Source: Bugula neritina (taxonomy: Eukaryota > Animalia > Bryozoa). From it: a stretch of DNA of 64,000 nt. Where the stretch lies: the NCBI GenBank assembly GCA_964035545.1, contig OZ037766.1, positions 18,377,081 to 18,441,080 of the forward strand, given 5' to 3'. Of this stretch, positions 14,401 through 26,676 are shown piece by piece. Numbering within the stretch: position 1 is the stretch's first letter; each line of letters begins with the position of its first letter. The notes under the pieces are model-generated. The model saw only the letters and a list, made by a program, of their open reading frames with translations. It did not search any database and was not told the origin of the DNA. Made by a program: the position numbers and the translations under genes.

Positions 14401-16250
14401 TATTTTGCAATATATTTTAGTATGTTACGGTGTATTTCAGTACGTTGCAGTATATTTCAGTATGATACAATAAATTTCAGTGTGTTACAGTACATTTCTG
14501 CAAATTACACTATACTTCAGTGAGTTGTAGTATATTTCAGTATCTTGCAGTATATCTCAGTATGTTACAGTTTATTTCAGTATGTTCCAGTATATTTCAG
14601 CGTCTTTCAGTATATTTCAGTATGCCACAGTGCATTTTCAGATTTTTCACTATACTTCAGTGAGTTTTAGTGTCTTTCAGTATGTTGCAGTATATTTCAG
14701 TATCTTGCAACATATTTCAATGTGTTGCAATGCATTTCAATATGTTACAATGTATTTCAGTATGTTGCAGTATGTTGCAGCGTATTTCAGTATGTTACAG
14801 TGTATTTCAGTAGGTTTCAGTGTCTTGCAGTATATTTCAGCATGTTGCAGTATATTTCAGGATGTTGCAGTATGTTTCAGTATGTTACAGTATTTTGCCG
14901 TATTTTGCAGTTTATTTCAGTATGTTCCAGTATATTTCAGCGTTTTTCAGTATATTTCAGTATGCCACAGTGCATTTTCAGATTTTTCACTATACTTCAG
15001 TGAGTTTTAGTGTCGGTCAGTATGTTGCAGTATATTTCAGTATCTTGCAACATATTTCAATGTGTTGCAATGCATTTCAATATGTTACAATGTATTTCAG
15101 TATGCTGCAGTATGTTGCAGTGTATTTCAGTATGTTACAGTGTATTTCAGTAGGTTTCAGTGTCTTGCAGTATATTTCAACATGTTGCAGTATATTTCAG
15201 GATGTTGCAGTATGTTTCAGTATGTTACAGTATTTTGCCGTATTTTGCCGTATATTTCAGTGTGTTACAGTATATTTCATTACGTTGCAGTATGTTGCAG
15301 TATATTTCAATAGTTTGCAACATATTTCAGTAGGTTACCATATATTTCGGTATGTTGCAGCATATTTCAATGTGTTGCAGTGTATTTCAGTATGTTGCAG
15401 TATGTTGCAGTATGCTGCAGTATGTTGCAGTGTATTTCTGTATGTTACAGTGTATTTCAGTATGTTGCAGTATATTTCAGTTTGTTACAGTATATTTCAG
15501 TATGTTGCAGTATGTTTCAGTGGGTTATAGTATATTTCAGTATGATACAGCGTCTTTCAGTATGTTACAGTGTATTTCAGTATGTTGCAGTATTTTGCAA
15601 TATGTTTCAGTATGTTACAGTGTTTTTCAGTATGTTGCAGTATAATTCAGTACGTTACAATAAATTTCAGTATGCTCCAGTACATTTCCGTAAATTACAC
15701 TATACTTCAGTGAGTTGTAGTATATTTCAGTATCTTGCAGTATATCTCAGTATGTTACAGTATATTTCAGTATGTTACAGTATATTTCAGTGTGTTACAG
15801 TAAATGTCAGTATGTTACAGTGCATTTGCAGATATTACACTATACTTCAGTGAGTTTTAGTGTCTTTCAGTATGTTGCAGTATATTTCAGTATGTTGCAG
15901 TATTTTGCAACATATTTTAGTATGTTACGGTGTATTTCAGTACGTTGCAGTATATTTCAGTATGATACAATAAATTTCAGTGTGTTACAGTACATTTTTT
16001 GCAAATTACAGTATACTTCAGTGAGTTGTAGTATATTTCAGTATCTTGCAGTATATCTCAGTATGTTACAGTTTATTTCAGTATGTTCCAGTATATTTCA
16101 GCGTGTTTCAGTATATTTCAGTATGCCACAGTGCATTTTCAGATTTTTCACTATACTTCAGTGAGTTTTAGTGTCTTTCAGGATGTTGCAGTATATTTCG
16201 GTATCTTGCAACTTATTTCAATGTGTTGCATTGTATTTCAATATGTTACA
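12081..16250 (+). repeat. Tandem duplication, period 2320 bp (~1.8 copies), overlapping the 4590-bp duplication
   Basis: Matching blocks 12262/14582, 12742/15062, 13452/15772; diagnostic TGTCGGTCAG at 12691 and 15011. Confidence 0.87.
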
Positions 16251-16284
16251 GTGTATTCCAGCATGTTCCAGTATGTTGCAGTAT

Positions 16285-19200
16285 ATTTCAGTATGTTGCA
16301 GTGTATTTCAGTATGTTACAGTGTATTTCAGTAGTTTGCAACATATTTCAGTAGGTTACCATATATTTCCGTATGTTGCAGCATATTTCAATGTGTTCCA
16401 GTGTATTTCAATATGTTACAGTGTGTTTCAGTATGTTGCAGTATGTTGCAGTGTATTTCTGTATGTTACAGTGTATTTCAGTATGTTGCAGTATATTTCA
16501 GTATGTTACAGTATGTTTCAGTATGTTGCAGTATATTTCCGTGGGTTATAGTATATTTCAGTATGATACAGCGTATTTCAGTATGTTACAGTGTATTTCA
16601 GTATGTTGCAGTATTTTGCAATGCATTTCAGTATATTACAGTGTATTTCAGTATGTTGCAGTATATTTCAGTATGTTACAATAAGTTTCAGTATGTTACA
16701 GTACTTTTCTGTAAATTACACTATACTTCAGTGAGTTGTAGTATATTTCAGTATCTTGCAGTATATCTCAGTATGTTACAGTATATTTCAGTATGTTACA
16801 GTATATTTCAGTGTGTTACAGTATGTTGCAGTATATTTCAGCAGTTTCCAACATATTTCAGTAGGTTACCATATATTTCGGTATGTTGCAGCACATTTCA
16901 ATGTGTTGCAGAGTATTTCAATACGTTACAGTGTATTTCAGTATGTTGAAGTATATTCCAGTGTGTTGCAAGATATTTCAGTGGGTTATAGTATATTTCA
17001 GTATGATACAGCGTCTTTCAGTATGTTACAGTGTATTTCAGTATGTTGCAGTATTTTGCCATATGTTTCAGTATGTTACAGTGTATTTCAGTATGTTGCA
17101 GTATAATTCAGTATGTTACAATAAATTTCAGTATGTTACAGTACATTTTCGTAAATTACACTATACTTCAGGGAGTTGTAGTATATTTCAGTATCTTGCA
17201 GTATATCTCAGTATGTTACAGTGCATTTTCAGATTTTTCACTATACTTCAGTGAGTTTTAGTGTCTTTCAGTATGTTGCAGTATTTTTCGGTATCTTGCA
17301 ACTTATTTCAATGTGTTGCAATGTATTTCAATATGTTACAGTGTATTTCAGTATGTTGCAATATGTTGCAGTGTATTTCAGTATGTTACAGTGTATTTCA
17401 GTAGTTTTCAGTATCTTGCAGTATATTTCAGTATGTTGCAGTATATTTCAGTGGGTTACAGTATATTCCAGTATCTTCCAGTATGTTGCAGTATGTTGCA
17501 GTATGTTGCAGTGTATTTCTGTATGTTACAGTGTATTTCAGTATGTTGCAGTGTATTTCAGTATGTTACAGTGTATTTCAGTATGTTGCAGTATTTTGCC
17601 ATGCATTTCAGTATGTTACAGTGTATTTCAGTATGTTGCGGTATATTTCAGTATGTTACAATAAATTTCAGTATGTTACAGTACATTTCCGTAAATTACA
17701 CTATACTTCAGTGAGTTGTAGTATATTTCAGTATCTTGCATTATATCTCAGTATGTTCCAGTATATTTCAGTATGTTACAGTATATTTCAGTATGTCACA
17801 GTGCATTTCCAGATATTACACTATACTTCAGTGAGTTTTAGTGTCTTTCAGTATGTTGCAGTATGTTGCAGCGTATATCAGTATGTTACAGTGTATTTCA
17901 GTAGGTTTCAGTGTCTTGCAGTATATTTCAGCATGTTGCAGTATGTTTCATTATGTTGCAGTATGTTGCAATATGTTTCAGTAGTTTGCATAATATTTCA
18001 GTAGGTTAGTATATATTTCGGTATGTTGCAGCATATTTCAATGTGTTGCAGCGTATTTCAATATGTTACAGTGCATTTCAGTATGTTGCAGTATGTTGCA
18101 GTATGCTGCAGTATGTTGCAGTGTATTTCTGTATGTTACAGTGTATTTCAGTATGTTGCAGTATATTTCAGTATGTTACAGTATATTTCAGTATGTTGCA
18201 GTATATTTCAGTGGGTTATAGTATATTTCAGTATGATACAGCGTCTTTCAGTATGTTACAGTGTATTTCAGTATGTTGCAGTATTTTGCAATATGTTTCA
18301 GTATGTTACAGTGTATTTCAGTATGTTGCAGTATAATTCAGTATGTTACAATAAATTTCAGTATGTTACAGTACATTTTTGTAAATTACACTATACTTCA
18401 GTGAGTTGTAGTATATTTCAGTATCTTGCAGTATATCTCAGTATGTTACAGTATATTTCAGTATGTTACAGTATATTTCACTGTGTTACAGTAAATTTCA
18501 ATATGTTACAGTGCATTTGCAGATATTGCACTATACTTCAGTGAGTTTTAGTGCCTTTCAGTATGTTACAGTGTATTTCAGTATGTTGCAGTATTTTGCA
18601 AAATATATCAGTATGTTACAGTGTATTTCAGTATGTTGCAGTATATTTCAGTATGTTACAATAAATTTCAGCATGTTACAGTGCATTTGCAGATATTACA
18701 CTATACTTCAGTGAGTTTTAGTGTCTTTCAGTATGTTGCAGTATATTTCGGTATTTTGCAACATATTTCAATATGTTGCAATGTATTTCAATATGTTACA
18801 GTGTATTTCAGTATGTTGCAGTATATTTCAGGATGTTGCAGTATATTTCAGTATGTTACAGTGTTTTGCAGTATTTTGCAGTATATTTCAGTGTGTTACA
18901 GTATATTTCATTATGTTGCAGTATGTTGCAGTATATTTCAGTAGGTTACCATATATTTCGGTATGTTGCAGGATCTTTCAAAGTGTTGCAGTGTATTTCA
19001 ATATGTTACAGTGTATTTCAGTATGTTGCAGTATGTTGCATTATGCTGCAGTGTATTTCTGTATGTTACAGTGTATTTCAGTATGTTGCAGTACATTTCA
19101 GTATGTTGCAGTGTATTTCAGTATGTTACAGTGTATTTCAGTAGTTTGCAACATATTTCAGTAGGTTACCATATATTTCCGTATGTTGCAGCATATTTCA

Positions 19201-21917
19201 ATGTGTTCCAGTGTATTTCAATATGTTACAGTGTGTTTCAGTATGTTGCAGTATGTTGCAGTGTATTTCTGTATGTTACAGTGTATTTCAGTATGTTGCA
19301 GTATATTTCAGTATGTTACAGTATGTTTCAGTATGTTGCAGTATATTTCCGTGGGTTATAGTATATTTCAGTATGATACAGCGTATTTCAGTATGTTACA
19401 GTGTATTTCAGTATGTTGCAGTATTTTGCAATGCATTTCAGTATATTACAGTGTATTTCAGTATGTTGCAGTATATTTCAGTATGTTACAATAAGTTTCA
19501 GTATGTTACAGTACTTTTCTGTAAATTACACTATACTTCAGTGAGTTGTAGTATATTTCAGTATCTTGCAGTATATCTCAGTATGTTACAGTATATTTCA
19601 GTATGTTACAGTATATTTCAGTGTGTTACAGTATGTTGCAGTATATTTCAGCAGTTTCCAACATATTTCAGTAGGTTACCATATATTTCGGTATGTTGCA
19701 GCACATTTCAATGTGTTGCAGAGTATTTCAATACGTTACAGTGTATTTCAGTATGTTGAAGTATATTCCAGTGTGTTGCAAGATATTTCAGTGGGTTATA
19801 GTATATTTCAGTATGATACAGCGTCTTTCAGTATGTTACAGTGTATTTCAGTATGTTGCAGTATTTTGCCATATGTTTCAGTATGTTACAGTGTATTTCA
19901 GTATGTTGCAGTATAATTCAGTATGTTACAATAAATTTCAGTATGTTACAGTACATTTTCGTAAATTACACTATACTTCAGGGAGTTGTAGTATATTTCA
20001 GTATCTTGCAGTATATCTCAGTATGTTACAGTGCATTTTCAGATTTTTCACTATACTTCAGTGAGTTTTAGTGTCTTTCAGTATGTTGCAGTATTTTTCG
20101 GTATCTTGCAACTTATTTCAATGTGTTGCAATGTATTTCAATATGTTACAGTGTATTTCAGTATGTTGCAATATGTTGCAGTGTATTTCAGTATGTTACA
20201 GTGTATTTCAGTAGTTTTCAGTATCTTGCAGTATATTTCAGTATGTTGCAGTATATTTCAGTGGGTTACAGTATATTCCAGTATCTTCCAGTATGTTGCA
20301 GTATGTTGCAGTATGTTGCAGTGTATTTCTGTATGTTACAGTGTATTTCAGTATGTTGCAGTGTATTTCAGTATGTTACAGTGTATTTCAGTATGTTGCA
20401 GTATTTTGCCATGCATTTCAGTATGTTACAGTGTATTTCAGTATGTTGCGGTATATTTCAGTATGTTACAATAAATTTCAGTATGTTACAGTACATTTCC
20501 GTAAATTACACTATACTTCAGTGAGTTGTAGTATATTTCAGTATCTTGCATTATATCTCAGTATGTTCCAGTATATTTCAGTATGTTACAGTATATTTCA
20601 GTATGTCACAGTGCATTTCCAGATATTACACTATACTTCAGTGAGTTTTAGTGTCTTTCAGTATGTTGCAGTATGTTGCAGCGTATATCAGTATGTTACA
20701 GTGTATTTCAGTAGGTTTCAGTGTCTTGCAGTATATTTCAGCATGTTGCAGTATGTTTCATTATGTTGCAGTATGTTGCAATATGTTTCAGTAGTTTGCA
20801 TAATATTTCAGTAGGTTAGTATATATTTCGGTATGTTGCAGCATATTTCAATGTGTTGCAGCGTATTTCAATATGTTACAGTGCATTTCAGTATGTTGCA
20901 GTATGTTGCAGTATGCTGCAGTATGTTGCAGTGTATTTCTGTATGTTACAGTGTATTTCAGTATGTTGCAGTATATTTCAGTATGTTACAGTATATTTCA
21001 GTATGTTGCAGTATATTTCAGTGGGTTATAGTATATTTCAGTATGATACAGCGTCTTTCAGTATGTTACAGTGTATTTCAGTATGTTGCAGTATTTTGCA
21101 ATATGTTTCAGTATGTTACAGTGTATTTCAGTATGTTGCAGTATAATTCAGTATGTTACAATAAATTTCAGTATGTTACAGTACATTTTTGTAAATTACA
21201 CTATACTTCAGTGAGTTGTAGTATATTTCAGTATCTTGCAGTATATCTCAGTATGTTACAGTATATTTCAGTATGTTACAGTATATTTCACTGTGTTACA
21301 GTAAATTTCAATATGTTACAGTGCATTTGCAGATATTGCACTATACTTCAGTGAGTTTTAGTGCCTTTCAGTATGTTACAGTGTATTTCAGTATGTTGCA
21401 GTATTTTGCAAAATATATCAGTATGTTACAGTGTATTTCAGTATGTTGCAGTATATTTCAGTATGTTACAATAAATTTCAGCATGTTACAGTGCATTTGC
21501 AGATATTACACTATACTTCAGTGAGTTTTAGTGTCTTTCAGTATGTTGCAGTATATTTCGGTATTTTGCAACATATTTCAATATGTTGCAATGTATTTCA
21601 ATATGTTACAGTGTATTTCAGTATGTTGCAGTATATTTCAGGATGTTGCAGTATATTTCAGTATGTTACAGTGTTTTGCAGTATTTTGCAGTATATTTCA
21701 GTGTGTTACAGTATATTTCATTATGTTGCAGTATGTTGCAGTATATTTCAGTAGGTTACCATATATTTCGGTATGTTGCAGGATCTTTCAAAGTGTTGCA
21801 GTGTATTTCAATATGTTACAGTGTATTTCAGTATGTTGCAGTATGTTGCATTATGCTGCAGTGTATTTCTGTATGTTACAGTGTATTTCAGTATGTTGCA
21901 GTACATTTCAGTATGTT
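16285..21917 (+). repeat. Near-perfect tandem duplication, period 2810 bp (2 copies)
   Basis: Identical translated blocks at 16373/19183, 17221/20031, 18023/20833, 18621/21431. Confidence 0.92.
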
Positions 21918-22805
21918 ACAGTATATTTCAGTATGTTGCAGTATATTTCAGTGGGTTATAGCATATTTCAGTATGATACAGCGTATTTCAGTATGTTACA
22001 GTGTACTTCAGTATGTTGCAGTATTTTGCAATATATTTCAGTATGTTACAGTGTATTTCAGTATGTTGCAGTATATTTCAGTATGTTACATTAAATTTCA
22101 GTATGTTACAGTACATTTCCGTAAGTTACACTATACTTCAGGTAGTTGTAGCATATTTCAGTATCTTGCAGTATATCTCAGAATGTTACAGCACATTTCA
22201 TTGTGTTGCAGTGTATTTCAATATGTTACAGTGTATTTCAGTATGTTGCAGTATGTTGCAGTATGCTGCAGTATGTTGCAGTGTATTTCTGTATGTTACA
22301 GTGTATTTCAGTATGTTGCAGTATATTTCAGTATGTTACAGTATATTTCAGTATGTTGCAGTATATTTCAGTGGGTTATAGTACATTTCCGTATGATACA
22401 GCGTCTTTCAGTATGTTACAGTGTATTTCAGTATGTTGCAGTATTTTGCAATATGTTTCAGTATGTTCCAGTGTATTTCAGTATGTTGCAGTATAATTCT
22501 GTATGTTACAATAAATTTCAGTATGTTACAGCACATTTTCGTAAATGACATTATACTTCAGTGAGTTGTAGTATATTTCAGTATCTTGCAGTATATCTCA
22601 GTATGTTACAGTATATTTCAGTATGTTACAGTATATTTCAGTGTGTAACAGTAAATTTCAATATGTTACAGTGCTTTTGCAGATATTACACTATACTTCA
22701 CTGAGTTTTAGTGCCTTTCAGTATGTTACAGTGTATTTTGGTATGTTGCAGTATTTTGCAATATATATCAGTATGTTACAGTGTATTTCAGTATGTTGCA
22801 GTATA

Positions 22806-22807
22806 TT
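22806..22807 (+). other. 2-bp target site duplication TT (second copy 25355-25356)
   Basis: Filled site reads gtata-TT-[element]-TT-tcag; empty paralogue at 40125-40135 reads gtata-TT-tcag. Confidence 0.9.
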
Positions 22808-22826
22808 CACAGTTAGTTTAAGGTCA
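22808..22826 (+). repeat. Left terminal inverted repeat CACAGTTAGTTTAAGGTCA
   Basis: Exact reverse complement of 25336-25354. Confidence 0.97.
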
Positions 22827-22982
22827 CACTTTTCATTTTCTGGCTCTTTGCCAGGTGCTTTATGTTCTATATGAACAATGTTCCACTGATAGCTCGAACA
22901 GGTTGAATGTCACAGGAACAAAAAAAATATGAAAAGATAAAGAAACTTATGTTCTCCAATATACTTTTTTATTTTTTTCAAA
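22827..22982 (+). repeat. Left subterminal imperfect inverted repeat (partner ~25189-25335)
   Basis: Colinear conserved islands: TGCTTTATGTT(c/a)TATAT; GATAGCTCGAACAG (22888-22901 / 25269-25282); ATGAAAAGATA (22929-22939 / 25231-25241); ATATACTTTTTT (22959-22970 / 25200-25211). Confidence 0.88.
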
Positions 22983-25188
22983 AACCAATTCATGTTTAAG
23001 TTATAGCTTGTTGAAAAACATAGTCCCCCTTCCACATTCTTTTCAATTTATACGCTCCTGACTTGTTATTGCGTCTCAATATGCCTTGTATTTGAGTGCT
23101 AGTTAGTCTCGCTTCACTAACTTTGCCTATACTTCACAAGTGCCAGTGCTGCTGGCTCAAAAGCTAAATGTTATAAACTGTCAGCTAAAACCCAATCTTG
23201 TATTCCTAGGTTGGTTAGCCTAAATAAAACAATAGTCAAATCATGATTTCATGTTTTAAAAATTTACTCTATTCTAACCTGCTGCCTAGCTATAGTTTTA
23301 TTTTTGATGTATAATTACAAAATTTGTGATACATTTTTTTGGCAACCATGTGATTTATAAAATGCAGTAATGGTACTTATAATATTATATTATTATCATT
23401 ATAATATATTATATAGTATTATGTGTGTTTTTATTATACTGCATAATATCTATTTTATTATTGTTGTTGTGCAAACAAGTGCAATTAACCTAGTTTTCAA
23501 AATGTACCTCTAAATTATCAGAATATCAGTTTAGATATGTTCATGCTTTGTAAGGTAAACCTAAAAAAAGAGGCTGTATTCCCAAAGTAAAGGGTGTTGA
23601 ACTATGAACTATATTAGATTAGCCACTCTGCTACCAAGTGCATCAGTATAATATTATATGAATAGCTCTGATGCTTTGTCTCCGGTGGCTGGCTGCGATA
23701 TGATAACTTGGCCAACTTCCAAGAGTTTAAAATTGGCGCAATTATTCAAGAGGTTACATACTGCACAGAGCTAGCAGTGATAGTAACCTTGCTATTGGCT
23801 GTACTTATTACAACTGCCAGCATATAAGCTGCATTGTAGAATGCCGTTGGGGTAGGCTAGTAAAACCAAATTCTGCTCTCTAATATACCTTAGACACAAT
23901 GCAGCAACATAATTGTTCGTTTCAAATTACATTGCCACCCTTACATGAGCTGTGGGCTTCATAAAAATTCATATGATTAGAGATTTATGCTATAGGCTAG
24001 CTATGATGAAAAGAACACACCATTGTCAAAGTTAACTTCAAGTATGTTGTTTTCCAGAAACTCAGTAATGTCCATTTATATCTCTCGCATACAAATACTT
24101 ATGTAATAGCATACAGTTTAAGTTTTATTTTAGAGCACATCTGCAAACTCTACAATAAGAGCTTGCTTTACCAGTCTATTTCAGACCTGTTTTTGTAGCT
24201 AGTAATACGCAAGCTACTTATTTTTAAACTTTTGGGTTATTTGTTCAAAACCATTAGCTTTGCTAGTAACCCGAGACTATTGCAACAGTTGACTGCTATC
24301 AACATGAATTGACAGCCTAATAATTATAACCCATTTGCGCGCGAAATATTTATGTAATGATAGTTACTCATATAATGCGCGACTCTTTCACGATTACAGC
24401 GTGGTCCAGAGGTTAGAGGTGTCAGCGACGAGTTGGTTGGTCATGGTTCAAGCCTGTTTTGTTGCAATTTTTTTGTCACCTTATGCAAATCCTACGCATG
24501 TATAATAAATATGGCTATAATTGTAAAGTTTTTTTTCAACTTTTGTTCAACAGTAAGACAACATACATGCATAATAATTAGATACTGAACACTGGACTAA
24601 ACCTTAAATTGATCTTATAGAATACAATGTACTTAAAATAATCATATGCGAATTAGAGAAACTGAAAGTACACCTGCTGACAAGACTGCAAAGTGAAGTG
24701 ATTTAGCTGAAATTAACTCTGCCAAACAAACAAAGAATTATGTTGTGCTGAGGCATTTTCAATATTATATTATTGTAACATAGTGAGATGATTCAGCTAA
24801 GCGCTAATGTAAAACAGGGAACATTATATTGGCAGAAATCCAATAGATTGCCAATTTGTGCGAGAGGGTGCTATATGTTATTGTGATAGCGCAGAGCAGC
24901 AAACGTACTAGGAATGTTATAATTAGTCACAGGAGCGTAGCTAGAACCACCATATGAAGAATTTAGAAAATTGCAGTGAAACTTGCAAAATGGTGTATGT
25001 TTTTACCAAATTGTGAAGAGCATAAACAGAATTTCAAAAAACAAAGAAAGTATATTAGAGAAAACATATCAAGGAATGTCAAGTTTAACTTTTAGACTTT
25101 ATAAAATGAATCCCCTGTGCTACAGCAGTGGAACATGGAGGGTGTAAAATTTTACTTATTATGCAACAACTTTCTCAGAAAATTTTTT

Positions 25189-25335
25189 ATTGAAAAATTA
25201 AAAAAGTATATGAAAGAGGAATGCAAGAGCTATCTTTTCATGTAAAATTTGTTAATGTGAGACAAAAACTGTTCGAGCTATCCCCTGGAAACCGTTTATA
25301 TATAACATAAAGCAGTGCTTGAATCTGGAAAGTAA
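25189..25335 (-). repeat. Right subterminal imperfect inverted repeat
   Basis: Reverse-complement matches to the left-end islands at a constant 8-bp offset relative to the termini. Confidence 0.88.
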
Positions 25336-25354
25336 TGACCTTAAACTAACTGTG
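25336..25354 (-). repeat. Right terminal inverted repeat TGACCTTAAACTAACTGTG
   Basis: Exact reverse complement of 22808-22826. Confidence 0.97.
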
Positions 25355-26676
25355 TTTCAGTATGTTACATTAAATTTCAGTATGTTACAGTATATTTCCG
25401 TGAATTACACTATACTTCAGGGAGTTGTAGTATATTTCAGTATCTTGCAGTATATCTCAGTATGTTACAGTATATTTCAGTATGTTACAGTATATTTCAG
25501 TTTGTTACAGTAAATTTCAGTATGTTACAGTGCATTTGCAGATATTACACTATACTTCAGTGAGTTTTAGTGTCTTTCATTATGTTGCAGTATATTTCAG
25601 TATGTTGCAGTATTTTGCAATACATTTTATTATGTTACAGTGTATTTCAGTATGTTGCAGTATATTTCAGTTTGATACAATAAATTTCAGTATGTTACAG
25701 TACATTTCCGTAAATTACACTATACTTCAGTGAGTTGTAGTATATTTCAGTATCTTCAGTATATCTCAGTATGTTACAGTATATTTCAGCGTGTTTCAGT
25801 ATATTTCAGTATGACACAGTGCATTTCCAGATATTACGCTATACTTCAGTGAGTTTTAGTGTCTTTCAGTATGTTGCAGTATATTTCGGTATTTTGCAAC
25901 ATATTTCAATATGTTGCAATGTATTTCAATATGTTACAGTGTATTTCAGTATCTTACAGTACATTTCCGTAAATTACACTACACTTCAGTGAGTTGTAGT
26001 ATATTTCAGTATCTTGCAGTATATCTCAGTATGTTACAGTATATTTCAGTATGTTACAGTATATTTCAGTGTGTTACAGTAAATTTCAGTATGTTACAGT
26101 GCATTTGCAAATATTACACTATACTTTAGTGAGTTTTAGTGTCTTTCAGTATCTTGCAGTATATTTCAGTATGTTGCAATAATTTGCAATATATTTTCGT
26201 ATGTTACAGTGTATTTCAGTACCTTGCAGTATATTTCAGTATGATACAATAAATTTCAGTGTGTTACAGTACATTTCTGCAAATTACACTATACTTCAGT
26301 GAGTTGTAGTATATTTCAGTATCTTACAGTATATCTCAGTATGTTACAGTTGATTTCAGTATGTTCCAGTATATTTCAGCGTGTTTCAGTATATTTCAGG
26401 ATGCCACAGTGCATTTTCAGATTTTTCACTATACTTCAGTGAGTTTTAGTGTCTTTCAGTATGTTGCAGTATATTTGGGTATCTTGCAACTTATTTCAAT
26501 GTGTTGCAATGTAATTCAATATGTTACAGTGTATTTCAGTATGTTACAGTGTATTTCAGCATGTTGCAGTATATTTCATTATGTTGCAGTATGTTGCAGT
26601 ATGTTTCAGTAGTTTGCAACATATTTCAGTAGGTTAGTATATATTTCGGTATGTTGCAGCATATTTCAATGTGTTG

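Larger units (their letters stand above)
1..22807 (+). repeat. Satellite DNA array, 10-bp monomer (CAGTATGTTR / CAGTRTATTT alternating), left part
   Basis: Directly visible 10-bp periodicity; typical 40-mer CAGTATGTTA CAGTGTATTT CAGTATGTTG CAGTATATTT; single orientation; runs off the window start. Confidence 0.99.
22808..25354. mobile_element. 2547-bp non-autonomous TIR DNA transposon, probably CMC/EnSpm (CACTA-like) superfamily
   Basis: Unique AT-rich sequence bounded by perfect 19-bp inverted repeats starting CACAG and flanked by TT on both sides. Offset to the paralogous block is 17324 bp before and 14775 bp after the insert; the difference 2549 = 2547 + 2-bp TSD. No internal ORF in the track. 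Superfamily assignment is inferred from CAC...GTG ends plus a 2-bp TSD. Confidence 0.93.

Noticed and set aside
1-22807. Identity with Drosophila 10-bp Prodsat (AATAACATAG)n, telomeric repeats or CENP-B boxes
   Set aside because: Only a 7-bp core (TATGTTA) is shared with Prodsat, which is plausible by chance or convergence. There is no G-rich telomere motif and I saw no TTCG....A..CGGG box. The host cannot be assigned.
22808-22845. RAG recombination signal / Transib / ProtoRAG end (CACAGTT vs heptamer CACAGTG)
   Set aside because: No ACAAAAACC-like nonamer at 12 or 23 bp at either end, and the TSD is 2 bp rather than the 5 bp expected for Transib/RAG transposons.
22623-22874. ORFs crossing the satellite/element junctions (also 25319-25513)
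   Set aside because: Chance read-through from stop-free satellite into or out of the TIR; no coding features.
22983-25020. Transposase or captured gene inside the element
   Set aside because: No internal ORF in the track and no motif I can recognise. A translated search (blastx/HMM) would be needed to exclude decayed or intron-split remnants.
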